Shown piece by piece: positions 49,777 through 63,022 of a stretch of 64,000 nt of DNA (position 1 is its first letter; the number at the start of each line of letters is the position of its first letter). The notes beneath the pieces were generated by a model that saw only the letters and a program-made list of their open reading frames with translations, made no database searches and was not told the origin of the DNA. Source of the DNA: Atractiella rhizophila (lineage: Eukaryota); assembly GCA_021432655.1 (NCBI GenBank), contig MU271236.1, positions 1 to 64,000 of the forward strand. The letters run 5' to 3'. A program made the translations under genes and the position numbers.

Positions 49777-51063
49777 TCACCCATTCAACCCACGAAAGAG
49801 CTTTATCTCCCCCAACGCCACATCCTCAAACTGTCTCTTCCACTCCATCAACTTCGCCATCGACACTTGATTGCCTCCGCAAACGATAACCACAAACACT
49901 GGTGCTCTATCCTTGGGCACGTCCTTGAATATCTTCTTTAAGAGTTCCGACGCCATATCTGCATAGAAAGGCGCTAGAGCTGCGACGGCGGGTTCAACGA
50001 GGATTTGATGATCATCTATCAGGTTAGACGATTTTGTGATGAAAGCAAGAAGGTAGGAAGACGAACCAGCAAACCGTTCAATCATGTCCACTACCCTTGC
50101 GTCTTCAATTACCACACTCGTGACGCCTCCTTTGTGAGTAAGACAACGTCTTATGCATTCTTTCGAGACAGTCTTTGCGCCCAGCGAGCCGGCGACGGAG
50201 TTTATTGCTTCCAATGACACGAGTTGTGGAGTCGGCGCAGTGTGGTCCGCGTATGAGGCGAGGAGGGAGGCCTGAAGAGAGGCGGCTCCGCTCGTTTCGA
50301 CAGCAGCGACTGGTACTGTCCATTTGGTAGAACGAATCAGCTGGTGAATCTCATACAAAAGAAGATAAGGAATGGAAGCGGACCGTGGCCCCAGCCTACT
50401 CCTTCAAGTCCCATCAACACACCTCCAAGCAATCCACCACCTCCAGCAGAAAGAAATATTCCATCAGGTTTCAAGCCTACTTTCCCCAATTGCTTTTTGA
50501 TTTCTCGCACCATACTCGAATTCCCCTGCATGATAACCTCATGGTCGAAAGGCGACACATAGGCCACTGCTTTTCCACCGGCCCTCCTTTCTTCAACCAG
50601 TCGTTTCGCGAGCTCGTTGCTCTCGTCCCAACTCGCTCCGTGTTGTATCACTTCGATAGTCGTGGTTGCAGAGGATCCGACAAGTTGTAGACGGGAGGAG
50701 ATGGACGATGGAGTGGTGACGGGAACGACGACGGTGCACTTTGATAATCCAAGTGCACGGGAAGTGTAAGCGCAAGCGAGTGCTCCGTTGCCTGATGAAG
50801 GAATGATTGGATGTTGGATGCCTTCAGAGCGAATGAAGTGGGAAATGCCTCTACATCTCGATCGATGAGTATCATTCGAGTTTGCAAGGCAGTGAGAGAA
50901 GAACAGACCTGAGCTTGAAAGATCCGCTGGGCTGGACGTTCTCGAGCTTGAGATAGACTTGAGCTCCGGAGTTGGATGAGAGGAAGGGAGAGTGTTGCAG
51001 CGGTGTTTGGATGTAGAGTTCCTCCCCAGCCGCTGACTTCGCAACTTCATCCTTCCATGCCAT
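49777..51063 (-). CDS. CHA1: L-serine/threonine dehydratase (PLP fold type II)
   Basis: YIQTPL, VYLKLENVQPSGSFKL(R)G (PLP lysine), YVSPFDH, LSAGGGGLLGG, ILVEPA and VIVCGGN motifs. Confidence 0.88.
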
Positions 51064-51554
51064 CGTATCAAGTGAACTGGTCTTCAACACTTCGACGACC
51101 GCGGTGAGACGTCGCCCAGTCGACGATTGTGATCTCAAATATGGACATTGGATAAGTGGAAACAGCTTATCGTCGAGTCAGCCTGAGCTCTTCAAGTTTG
51201 CAATGCTAAAATACAAAGGACCCGCTTTCAAGTCATGTCGCGACGCATAATAAAATAATTGAAATGAGGAAAATGCTAGAAAAGTACTGAAGTACTGAAG
51301 GGTAAGGATGGTACGTGCAACGCGTTCCTACCCCAGATTGAAGAGTTCTTTCTTTCGGATTGGAGATTCGGAACCTTCGCTAGCTGTAGAATCGTGACGT
51401 AACCCCGAATATCAAAAGCACCCTCGCTTGCTGCCTGCTTCTCAACTTCAACAACTTCAGCATCTACTTTCAGTCTTACTTCTAAGAAACGACAGAAAAT
51501 AAAGAGTAACACCAACGAAATCGAACTACGAAAAGAAAAGAAAGAACGAAAGAA

Positions 51555-54500
51555 ATGACGACTCCTAGTCCACTCTCTTCCCTGCTTCCACCTCCCCATC
51601 CGCCCCTCCAAATCCCTCTCTCCTCCCCGTCCTCCCCACACTCAGCACCGAAGTCTCTCCATCCTCGAATCCTCCTCCTCATCTCACGCGAACAGGTGCC
51701 TTCGGAAATCAGGGATGGGTTGGACGGCGTAGTGGGGAGGTGCGTGAGGGGTAACTTGAAGTGGATCGAGGATTATGGAGAGCAGAGGGGGTGGGATGAG
51801 ACTTGGAGGATTAGGTGAGTGGTTTGTCTTTCTTTCGTAGAGAAAAGAAAGATGGGATGCTTTCATTGCTTTGTGAAAAAAAACCACGGGTGTTTCTTTT
51901 GTGTGGTGTGAGGATCTTAGAGGCCCGACGTTTGTGTCACCGAGGAGCATGGGCAAATACTTCTCTAATGAGCATTTCACGACCATCGCTCTCTCTCTTG
52001 GAGTTTTCTCCTGAGGTGTTTTTGTCGGGTGAGGGAAAACGGAGGTCTCGATCTGTTGGTCGCATTTTGACGAGTATGTTGGTGTTCAAGTGTGATACAG
52101 TTCTGACAGTTCTGATTGTCCCGTCTTACCCCTCGCAAGAAGGCGAAGAGCCGCTCTTCTTTTGACATGGCCGAGTGAAAATGATGGAGAGGTATCAGAC
52201 TTGTGCCCAATGGTTCAGATAATTAGAGCCATGATTTCAATATGGACGGAGCTGGAGAGGCTGAATCTAGAACTTGCTGTTTGAATTGTCTGCATTTTCT
52301 GAAGGCATACATCTCAATTCCGATAAAGAATTGATAAATTGATGCTTCACATGGGGATGCAAATTTATTGTCTTTCCTTTGCTTGCAATTCGGGATCACT
52401 GCTGGGCAACCATATGGTAGTATTATCGCCTCGAAAATGAAGTACACGCCGTCGATTCCAGTTGTATCTGCGTTCTTGCACATTATTTGTCAGGACTGAG
52501 GTAACCCTCTCCCAAGTGATTAAAGAGTGCGAGATATTCGACGCATACAAAGATACAACTCCCCCGTATCTCATCTTGGTCTGACCCCACGTAGCTAGTC
52601 ACAGGAGAAAGAAGACTACTTGGGGTGCAGCAACTGTCAGTCAACCAACTTGTCGCGTGTTAATCTCCTCGTGTTTGCGCGGCAAGATTGTTTCTATACA
52701 GAGATTGTTAAATGGTTGGAATCAAATATCGGTGACAGATTACGCAACACTTTCTTTTGATTGAGGAAGTTGGCAACTATCCACATGGTGTCCAGAGCTC
52801 TCTTGCTGTTGAAGTTCTCCTGCATCCCCGCCTCCGAATCCAATATCAATTGTAATGTGGCAGTCTTGACACCTTCTAATAGATTTCACAACGATTGTGC
52901 ACAACCCCAACTCGAGATCTCGACGACTCACCAGGACTTCTCACAAGTTCCGGCCGATGAACAATTCTTCATCGACATTCACTATGGCAGGAAGATCGAG
53001 GGTGAATTGTCCTCTTCTACTCATTATTCCTGCTGCTCACTGCTCCGCTAGCGTTTCGAGCATTGGGACATGTCTTTGGAGCTACGAGAGCGCTTGTAGA
53101 TATCAAAGATGTAGACGTCTCGAGAGGAGAACGACGTTGGAAGACTGACGTTCAGAACTTGTTGAATCGTCAGGAAGTTTGTCAATTTGAGACACATGGG
53201 TAAGTTTCCCTTCTTAATGGCGTGTACTTCTGAGGAGATTGAATAGGATCATGATTGACTGTTCGCGTAATGGAGTCTTGCTTCGAACGAAGGTGGAGGA
53301 GATCTTGGTACAGATGGCACTGATGGGGAGCAACATGCTCCAGCTTTATACTGAGGATACGTATCAGGTTTGTCGCTATCATCTCTGTCATCTCCCTCCG
53401 TTAGACTGAAGGGCTTATTTCGTGGACAGATTGAAGGCGAGCCCTTTTTTGGCTACTTTCGTGGCCCATACACGCAAGAGGAGCTGAAGACGATTGACGA
53501 TTTTGCATTCAATTTGTAAGTCAATCGCGGCGGTGGATCGCTATTGCTTCTGAGTACGGGAATGAAGACTCGATTAGGGGAATAGAAGTTATTCCATGCA
53601 GTAAGCAAACGCGTCGATCGATGCACAACCATGCCAAATAAATTGGTTAGTTCAAACATTGGGTCATCTGGGTCAAATCCTTCAGTGGTCCGCGTACGGT
53701 GGAATTCGAGATACGGCGGATGTGATGCTTCCTCAATGGGAGGCCACCTACGTTCTCATCGAAAAGGTCAGTCCTGTTGTTTGCTACTGGTGCCTTGACA
53801 AGCTGATGCTGTTGCGATAGATGATAAAGACAATCACTGAGCCTTTGCGCTCAAAACGTATACACGTTGGGATGGACGAGTCTTACGGAATGGGATCTGG
53901 ACGATTCAGACAAATTTTTGGGTATAAGGATAGCATTCAAATTGTGAGATGTCATCTTCATTCTAGCATACCACAAGCTCATTGTGGGTAGTTCGTGGAA
54001 CATTTGGCACGAGTGAAGAAAATCTGTGAGCGCATAGGGGTGCAACCTATGATTTGGTCCGACAGTGAGCCTATCTTCTTGTTTTCAGATGATTGACATT
54101 TAGACTGGTGCAGTGTTATTTTGTTTTGCGGCAAAAAATCTCAGTCTGTCGGCTTACTATGATGCTAACAACCCTACAACGGAGCAAATGACGGAAAATT
54201 TACCTGATGAAGTCGAATACGTTTAGTAAGCCGCGATTATTCCCGAAAGAGTAGAAACAGTTGACTAAACCTAACAGCTGGGACTATTACCGTACGTTAT
54301 CATGGTCATCGTTTGACGAACTGGTTTGCTGAAGGTTTCCTTTTCTGTCAGACACGCTCCCACAGGGATACTCGAATAAAATTCGACATCATTGGGAACT
54401 GTCGGGAAAAGCACCATGGGTGGCCACGGGGATTTGGACTTGGAGTCGGTACGATAGCTAGCGTTCCATGATCTCATCCTGACAAGGGCACAGCTTCTGG

Positions 54501-55846
54501 ACAGGTTTACCATTTACGTTTTCTACAATCAAGGCATGCCTCAATGCATGCAAACGTGGATCCGGCGTTAAACATACCATGGCCACAATGTGCGCTTGTT
54601 AACTTGCCCAATAGGACAGTTACTGATTGACGCTACAGATGGGGCGACGAAGGGAACGAGTACGATGTGTAAGCCCGTTGTGTCGTTTTCAGACAAAGGT
54701 CGTGACGACATATCAGATGGTCGGCATTGCCTGGCATCTTGTATTTTGCGGAACAGGTTCGTCGTCCCTCAATCTCGTAACGAAGTGGGTTTATGGCAAA
54801 ATTCATAGTGTTACACTCTGCAGGAGGAAGTTGACGCGAACATTCTGAAAATGAAGTTCGGTATGCTCACCGCCTGAAAACTATTAGTCTAGATTTAAAA
54901 TATCCTTCTGTAGACGGTATCAGTGGCGGAGATTGGGCAGACTATCTCTACGCCTGCAAAGTCGAGTGAGTCTATCCGAAATTTTTGATCGTACCTCCCA
55001 GTTAATCCCTTTTAGCGATCTTCGCCCTGAAGATCAGCCCATTGGCCCTGGTACCACCTCGACCCCAAACCTTGGCAAGTGGTTGCTCTGGGAAGGTGCG
55101 CTATGCTCTGCTACTTGCTGCACTACTGATCGGTAACTCAGAACCGTTCTTTGGACTTTTCACCCGACAATACGACGAGTACGACCTTGAGAGCCACTAC
55201 ACCTCCCTGGCGCGGTATCTTGAAGATTGCCTCTCCACCAATGTTTCTTCTATGAACCCAGACCATTCGCTGCCAAAGGCTATCGAGGACTTCCCTGCCA
55301 ACCGACGGCTCAAAGGACCTTACCTTCTAGCAAAAGTGCTTGCTCTCAAAGCTCATCTACGGCAGCACCTCAGCTATTATTACGACAGGAAGGACATGAT
55401 CGAGGTCGCCGCACTTGCTGGACCTGAACCGGAGTCTCGCTTAAGTAGACTCATCGTTGCAGTGGACGAGTTGTGGAAATATCATCGAGAAATGTGGATG
55501 TCGACTTACAAACCTTTTGGTTCGCAGTTTACTCCTTTTTCATGGTCTCCATTCTTCGCTGACTGGATGCTTAATCCAGGATGGGAAATCCTCGAAATTC
55601 GATACGGGGCTTTGAGGTCGCGACTGGATACTATGCGTTGGAGAGTCAGCAAGTATTTAGACCCGACTGATCCTAGTGTCACTTCTCTGGAAGAGCTCGA
55701 GGTACCAAATGAAGATCTTGGGAATGGACAAGGTGTGACAGTGATGGTACGTTCGGTCGTCATCTCCAACAATGGGCTGACGCTTTCCTCGTTGCATCAT
55801 CCTCCAGCTCGAATGGCACAGGGTTTCGCGGGCGACTGCTTATTAG
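51555..55846 (+). CDS. Glycoside hydrolase family 20 N-acetylhexosaminidase (GcnA/HEXD-like), many exons
   Basis: MIDCSRNGV, LQLYTEDTY, EPFFGYFRGPYT, IPCIQTLGHLGQILQW, catalytic IHVGMDE and WMSTYKPFGWE motifs. The first exon (51555-51814) is less certain. Confidence 0.88.
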
Positions 55847-56208
55847 GTTCTCATCTCAAAATGAATTGGACACTTCTGGAAGGTCTCAAAAGACAAGCTG
55901 TAAATACATGTCGTCACAGTGGTGGTGTAAATCAATCAACATTGGGTATCAGCATTGGTTCAGGTCCCATTAATTCGTTCAGGCTCCTTCTGCTGACCGC
56001 TTTGAAACGGAAGATCCTACTAAGGAACAAAAACCGATTCTTATGGCAGCTGGGGATACCTCTGGATTAAAAAACGTGAGAGATCCTGTGAGAGACCGCA
56101 GAAGAATGCGAGAGAATTGATGGGTCGATGGACTTGAAGCACTGACGGAGTGCGGCTATCACATTCTAGGAATAACCATTGGCTACTTGACAAACGCATG
56201 CAGATATC

Positions 56209-58729
56209 CTATTCATCCTTGTTCCGTTTCTTCTCGTACGCCTGATATTTCTGGAAATCGCGGTTCGCTTTCTGCGCTTCCGTAAGCTCTTTCTTCTCTT
56301 TCGACTTGATGCCTTTGAATTTGTCCTTGCGCTGTTAAAAAGGTCAGCCTTTCCGGCTGTCGATGCAGAAGCTTTGCATACCGCTTTACGCTTCTCATCC
56401 CTTTCTGCAGCGTCATCTAGCGACAACAACTCTTTGATAGACGGCATGGAGGAAGAAAGGCCTTCCAAACGCGTCACCATCGAAGACGATTCAGCGCTGT
56501 ACGGGTTGTACTCTTTCTCAGGCTGCTTCTCCTCTTCCGGAGGCGGTCGTTTGGAAGTAAGCCAGTCTGGCAACTTGATTTCATCCGCCTCCTTCCCGCC
56601 TTCCGAATCGCTTTCGGCGTCGTCGTCAAAATATTTGTGAGGAACGTCTGGCTCCTGTTCTGGAGGAGGATTTGCGACTGTGGGCTTTTGAGGAGCATCT
56701 TCCTCTTCTTCGTCTGAGAAATCTGGTTTCCATTCGGTCGCATCCGCAAAAATATCAGCATCTTCGAACCCCTCAAGATCGATCTCTGGCTTAGTCGATG
56801 GCTTCACAGCAGCAGTGGGAGCAACCGGCTCCTGGGCTGGGATGGGAGTTGGGTCAGCGACCTCTGGCTCTAGAACCTTTCGTTTCTTCTTCTTCCGCTC
56901 GGTTCCATCCACCTCCTTTTCTCCTTTCCGCTTCTTCTTCTTCACCGCAGGCTCCTCCTTCTTGCCAACAGCTTTGAACAGCCCTTGAGCCTTTGCTCGC
57001 TGAAGCGATTGTTGTTCCTCCTCTGCTCGTTTTGCCTTGAGCTCTTGGATGATCTGAAGCTTCGTCTTCTTCTCTGATGGTTCATTTGGTGCTTGGAGGA
57101 CACCCTCTAGCTCGTCGTCCATCTCTGTCTCTCCATCATTCATCATCAAAGCCTTATTTCTCTCCAGCAACGCGAAATCAAGCCCTTTCACCAAAACCGT
57201 ATGTTCAGCGTCACCTCCCTATAATCAATTTATCAAGATGATGAGGATTTCATCAAAAAAGCCTACCAGATATTGACGCTGTTGCTCCAGTACGGCTCGC
57301 TCAGAAGGATCGGACGCTAGCATTCGTTCCTGGAAAGACTGCAAAAGCACCCAGTAAGTGTCACTCAGGAAGGTCGCGTCTAGAGCAGGACATCATAGAA
57401 TCGAAAGTGCTGGTAATCTACACCGATGCGAGAAGGATGCATAAATGTGCTTCGGCGAAAGGGATCACAGGGATGTTTAGAAGCCATGTGGCGATCCAAA
57501 GATGGGAATGAGCGAAATGAACTCTTTCAGCCAAATCAGGAAATATAGATGTTCAAAAGCTTTAAGAGCCTCAAATTAATGGGTGCCCGGGTTCAATAAA
57601 CTGATCTCTGGAAGCATGTTCTTCTGTTCCTGATTTTTAACATGCAATTTCATAAATGCTTGACGATGCAGACGTTCATATCACCTGTTCCAAGAAATAA
57701 TGCAAGAAGTCCAACAGCCCCATCAGGTGCGGAACAGCCACCATATTAGTTACGAGGATGTCAGGATCTCAGAGTATCCCTTCTTTGCACAACCTATAAT
57801 CAATAGTGCACGGTATATTGAAAATGTTATGCACTGACCCTGATTCTTCTCCAGGTACTACAGCGGGAAGTACATGCATATCCATTCGAATGTAAGAGCA
57901 ATATAGCTCCATTAGCAATTCGCCTTTGTCAGTCGGGAACTGAGAGCGCTGTGTCTGCGTCTAACAAAACATGATGAAAGCAATAAACTTTGGTTCACGG
58001 TACAAGTGTAGGAACTGATGTTAAGGGCTGCTTCAAAAAACACAAGGATCTGTGTGCAGCTCACAAACACTACTCGTGACAGTGAAAAGGCAGAGAGTCC
58101 TCTCTTGGTCATCTACGGCCATTATTTAGCTAGTATAGTTTTGAAGCCCAAACTTCAATCCAGCAGTCGTGCTGATATCAGTAGTGGCTGAAGGTATCTT
58201 CCTCGCGAGCACAACTGTGGATGATAGACATTGTAAACAAACCTGATACATCGACATTGTAAGAAACAACGCGAGATCTGAGGTCGACATTGCTCCATTC
58301 CTTCGCTCTTCATTTCTGACAGCAACATTGCACTGAAAGCCAAGCACCACAGTATACGCCCATTTAAGCCTCACGAAACACAAATACGGCCGCAGATGTA
58401 ACAGCAAGACAAGTCTCCTCTCCTTACCAATCTCAATACAGAAAGCATACCTTCTGCACCCCTTCTACCTCTTCCCACTCTCCTCTCCTCCCCAACCGCC
58501 TCTCTTCAGCTCTATCCCTGTACCCCTTCTCCTTCTTATTCTTCAAGTTGCGCGGCACCATCCCATTCCCTCCTCCTCCTCCTCCAGACTTTCCATCGCC
58601 AGACTTCTTTTTGGAAGAGGAAGATTTGGAGGAAGAACCTAGGTACGGGTTGGAGGATGTTGATGCTTGCGATTGCTCGCTGGTGTTGCTGGCGAGGAGA
58701 GCGCGGAAGTCAGATTGCGTTTTGGACAT
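56209..58729 (-). CDS. RED/IK-like (RED_N domain) spliceosomal protein
   Basis: MSKTQSDFRALL, YRDRAEERRLG and QYLGGDAEHTVLVKGLDFALL (RED N-terminal signatures), with a charged low-complexity C-terminus. Confidence 0.88.
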
Positions 58730-58994
58730 TGTGTTATGATGCTGTGTACTGAAATAATGAAGCTTCTTTCTTTGCGCAAAGACGCAGTGCCTATTCACCA
58801 ATTGCTGGGTTCGTTGACTTATGCTTTTGATGAGTTGGTGTTTGTGCTCGGTTTGTGGCTCCCCCATTACCCTTGCTTTGTTAACGTCAACGACCACTTC
58901 CCAATCATCATTTCACCCAATTGCATCCAACTCTCCCCTTCCCTTGGCTTGACCCTCCACCACTGACATAGCCCCAAGAAAGGAAACAAAGAAC

Positions 58995-60860
58995 ATGGCA
59001 GCATCCTCCTCCACCTGGCCCGACTCACTCAAGTCAGTGTTCCCTTTCTTCATCAAAACAGTCTCCTATTACTTCAACAAACTCCACTCATCAAACTGAC
59101 CGATGGAACAGACAATTCGTAAACACGACCTTCGCAGCATGCACAGCTGCGAACAGAGCGGCAGTGGAAGAAGAGTTGAAAGCGAGGATCTATAAGGCCT
59201 ATGAAGCGGGAGAGGTGTGGACTACTGATTGGTCTAAAGTTGAAATTGAAGCGTAAGTGTTTCATCTGGGATGTGTGGAGAGATGTGGTGTGTATGGGGT
59301 GGAGAGGGTTGAAGGCGGAGTTGTCCCTACGGAACACATCCCGCTCGTCATGGCTTTGAAATATGGATATGGAATGAGAGGGGTCGGCGCATCCCCACTC
59401 TAGGCGAGTGGAGAGCACAGTAGCCATTGTTTTGCCAAGGTGGTGGAGGTGTGGCCATTTATTGATGAAAAGATCGTTTTCTTCTTCTTGACCCCTTTGT
59501 CTTCCCGATCCAAAGATTGCCACTAATACATCCCCTTCATGTCATCAGGCTTAAGCCCCCTCCGCCCGCAACGCTCTCTACAACCAAATCGAAAAAGAAG
59601 AAGAACAATGCCGCTAACATGGGAGGTGGCAAAACGTTCGAAGACACCGAATCCCTCCAACGACGCAAACGTCGCTTCGAGCCCTACCCCACCCACTCCA
59701 ACTCCACCTCCTCAAGTTCCTCTCCCCCCTTCCACTCGCACACAAACCACAACGGGTACGCCCAGGACTCCAACCCAACTTCCACACTCCAGGACCGGCT
59801 CCTGTTGCCGGAGAATCAGGCGATTGTAGGGACGTGCCAGAAGTTGGATAAACCGTACCTTAGGTTGACGGGTATCCCGAATCCGAGTACTATTAGACCG
59901 CTGGATGTGCTTAGGAAGGCTTTGGATTGGATTCTTGAGAAGTGGAGGAGTGAGGAGAATTATGGGTTTGCTTGTGAACAGTTGAAGAGCGTGAGACAGG
60001 ACTTGATGGTCAGTTTTTTGGTCCGGGCTCTCCTCTCGTTCTGAGTGTTTACACATCAGGTCCAACGGATTCGTGAACCTTTTACGGTGAGAGTATACGA
60101 AAATCATGCTCGCATCGCACTTGAAAAGGTTGGTCCTTATGCACCCATGTCTTCATAACACCGTTTATGACTCTCTGTACAGAAAGATCTCGGCGAGTAC
60201 AACCAGTGTCAATCTCAGCTCAAGTTCCTCTATCGTATAGGAATAACCAAAGGTGCTCACCCTATGGAGTTTAAAGCTTACAAGATCCTCTACCTTCTAC
60301 TCACACGGAACAAAACCGGTCTGTTTGCCGTTCTTTTACTCAGAGCCTTTGGAGCTGACGATTGGATCAGAACTGAATTCAGAAATCTCGTCACTGACCC
60401 CTGAAGATCGAAACGATGCTGGGATAGCCCATGCATTGCAGGTTCAACGAGCGATATCACTGAACAATTATAAGAAACTCTTCGAATTATATGCTATTAA
60501 CCCGCCACGAATGGGAGGGTATATCATGGATCATTTCGTGACTCGAGAAAGAGTCTACGCCTTGATTACGATCTGCAAATCGTAGGCCCTTCTTTTCCAG
60601 TGAGCTCGCCATGTCTGATAGGAAGGTGTAGGTATCCAGTTCTGGCGCTTGATTATGTCCAGCGGTTACTTGCGTTTGAGTCCATTGAACAACTGACAAC
60701 CTTTCTCGAAGAACGACATGCCCTCATCTATAAAACTCAGCCGACGCCTCTGGGAGGAGGAGGTGAGAGTTGGGGAACCCTCGATTGCAAGATGGCCTAC
60801 GGCGTCTTGGTGGAGGCTGCAAAGGAGTTCCGAAAGGTCGACCTCAAAGGCCAAATCTAG
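58995..60860 (+). CDS. THP3: SAC3/GANP/THP3-family PCI protein (THP3/LENG8-like)
   Basis: WPDSLKQFV, IVGTCQKLDKPYLRLT..P.PSTIRP, CEQLKSVRQDLMVQ, VYENHARIALEKKDLGEYNQCQSQL and VDLKGQI* motifs. Confidence 0.9.
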
Positions 60861-63022
60861 GCGGGGGATGGGGAACAGGTTCTTTCTTCGCACACACACG
60901 CGCAACCGTAAAGGAAGTCTCGGCCCAGGTCTCGCCGTCTCGCTTTTTGTCACGTTGCCTCTTGAGTCAGTTCGCTCGACTTGTCGTGATTCGTTTTTCT
61001 TCTGTTCTCACTCCGTTATCCTCTTACTCGAGTTCCCTTTCTTCATCAAAACAGTCTCCTATTACTTCAACAAACTCCACTCATCAAACTGACCGATGGA
61101 ACAGACAATTCGTAAACACGACCTTCGCAGCATGCACAGCTGCGAACAGAGCGGCAGTGGAAGAAGAATTGAAAGCGAGGATCTATAAGGCCTATGAAGC
61201 GGGAGAGGTGTGGACTACTGATTGGTCTAAAGTTGAAATTGAAGCGTAAGTGTTTCATCTGGGATGTGTGGAGAGATGTGGTGTGTATGGGGTGGAGAGG
61301 GTTGAAGGCGGAGTTGTCCCTACGGAACATCGCGCTCGTCATGGCTTTGGAATAGGGATATGGAATGAGAGGGGTCGGCGCATCCCCACTCTAGGCGAGT
61401 GGAGAGCACAGTAGCCATTGTTTTGCCAAGGTGGTGGAGGTGTGGCCATTTATTGATGAAAAGATCGTTTTCTTCTTCTTGACCCCTTTGTCTTCCCGAT
61501 CCAAAGATTGCCACTAATACATCCCCTTCATGTCATCAGGCTTAAGCCCCCTCCGCCCGCAACGCTCTCTACAACCAAATCGAAAAAGAAGAAGAACAAT
61601 GCCGCTAACATGGGAGGTGGCAAAACGTTCGAAGACACCGAATCCCTCCAACGACGCAAACGTCGCTTCGAGCCCTACCCCACCCACTCCAACTCCACCT
61701 CCTCAAGCTCCTCTCCCCCCTTCCACTCGCACACAAACCACAACGGGTACGCCCAGGACTCCAACCCAACTTCCACACTCCAGGACCGGCTCCTGTTGCC
61801 GGAGAATCAGGCGATTGTAGGGACGTGCCAGAAGTTGGATAAACCGTACCTTAGGTTGACGGGTATCCCGAATCCGAGTACTATTAGACCGCTGGATGTG
61901 CTTAGGAAGGCTTTGGATTGGATTCTTGAGAAGTGGAGGAGTGAGGAGAATTATGGGTTTGCTTGTGAGCAGTTGAAGAGCGTGAGACAGGACTTGATGG
62001 TCAGTTTTTTGGTCCGGGCTCTCCTCTCGTTCTGAGTGTTTACACATCAGGTCCAACGGATTCGTGAACCTTTTACGGTGAGAGTATACGAAAATCATGC
62101 TCGCATCGCACTTGAAAAGGTTGGTCCTTATGCACCCATGTCTTCATAACACCGTTTATGACTCTCTGTACAGAAAGATCTCGGCGAGTACAACCAGTGT
62201 CAATCTCAGCTCAAGTTCCTCTATCGTATAGGAATAACCAAAGGTGCTCACCCTATGGAGTTTAAAGCTTACAAGATCCTCTACCTTCTACTCACACGGA
62301 ACAAAACCGGTCTGTTTGCCGTTCTTTTACTCAGAGCCTTTGGAGCTGACGATTGGATCAGAACTGAATTCAGAAATCTCGTCACTGACCCCTGAAGATC
62401 GAAACGATGCTGGGATAGCCCATGCATTGCAGGTTCAACGAGCGATATCACTGAACAATTATAAGAAACTCTTCGAATTATATGCTATTAACCCGCCACG
62501 AATGGGAGGGTATATCATGGATCATTTCGTGACTCGAGAAAGAGTCTACGCCTTGATTACGATCTGCAAATCGTAGGCCCTTCTTTTCCAGTGAGCTCGC
62601 CATGTCTGATAGGAAGGTGTAGGTATCCAGTTCTGGCGCTTGATTATGTCCAGCGGTTACTTGCGTTTGAGTCCATTGAACAACTGACAACCTTTCTCGA
62701 AGAACGACATGCCCTCATCTATAAAACTCAGCCGACGCCTCTGGGAGGAGGAGGTGAGAGTTGGGGAACCCTCGATTGCAAGATGGCCTATGGCGTCTTG
62801 GTGGAGGCTGCAAAGGAGTTCCGAAAGGTCGACCTCAAGGGCCAAATCTAGGCGGGGGCTGGGGAACAGGTTCTTTCTTCGCACACACACGCGCAACCGT
62901 AAAGGAAGTCTCGGCCCAGGTCTCGCCGTCTCGCTTTTTGTCACGTTGCCTCTTGAGTCAGTTCGCTCGACTTGTCGTGATTCGTTTTTCTTCTGTTCTC
63001 ACTCCGTTATCCTCTTACTCGA
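59039..63022. repeat. Direct tandem duplication, 2 x ~1.99 kb (59039-61031 / 61032-63022)
   Basis: Near-identical copies with roughly a dozen differences. Copy 2 starts inside intron 1. Confidence 0.97.
61032..62851 (+). pseudogene. 5'-truncated duplicate of the THP3-like gene (no promoter or exon 1)
   Basis: The translated exons are identical to copy 1, but the ATG exon is missing. Confidence 0.8.

Larger units (their letters stand above)
29400..51000. repeat. ~10.5 kb tandem segmental duplication (unit 1 ~29.4-39.9 kb; unit 2 ~39.95-51.0 kb)
   Basis: Both units have the same order: methyltransferase(+), Cys-rich peptide(-), NLR(+), serine dehydratase(-). Offsets are ~10.1-11.1 kb, and ~31.95-33.5 kb and ~42.5-43.1 kb are unit-specific. 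Confidence 0.92.

Noticed and set aside
27600..51000. Transposable element as the driver of the duplications
   Set aside because: No transposase, reverse transcriptase or integrase motifs, LTRs or TIRs were seen by eye.
57971..58018. ATGATGA...CTGA box C/D-like pair inside the RED intron
   Set aside because: It lies on the strand opposite the host transcript and is too short for a typical snoRNA.
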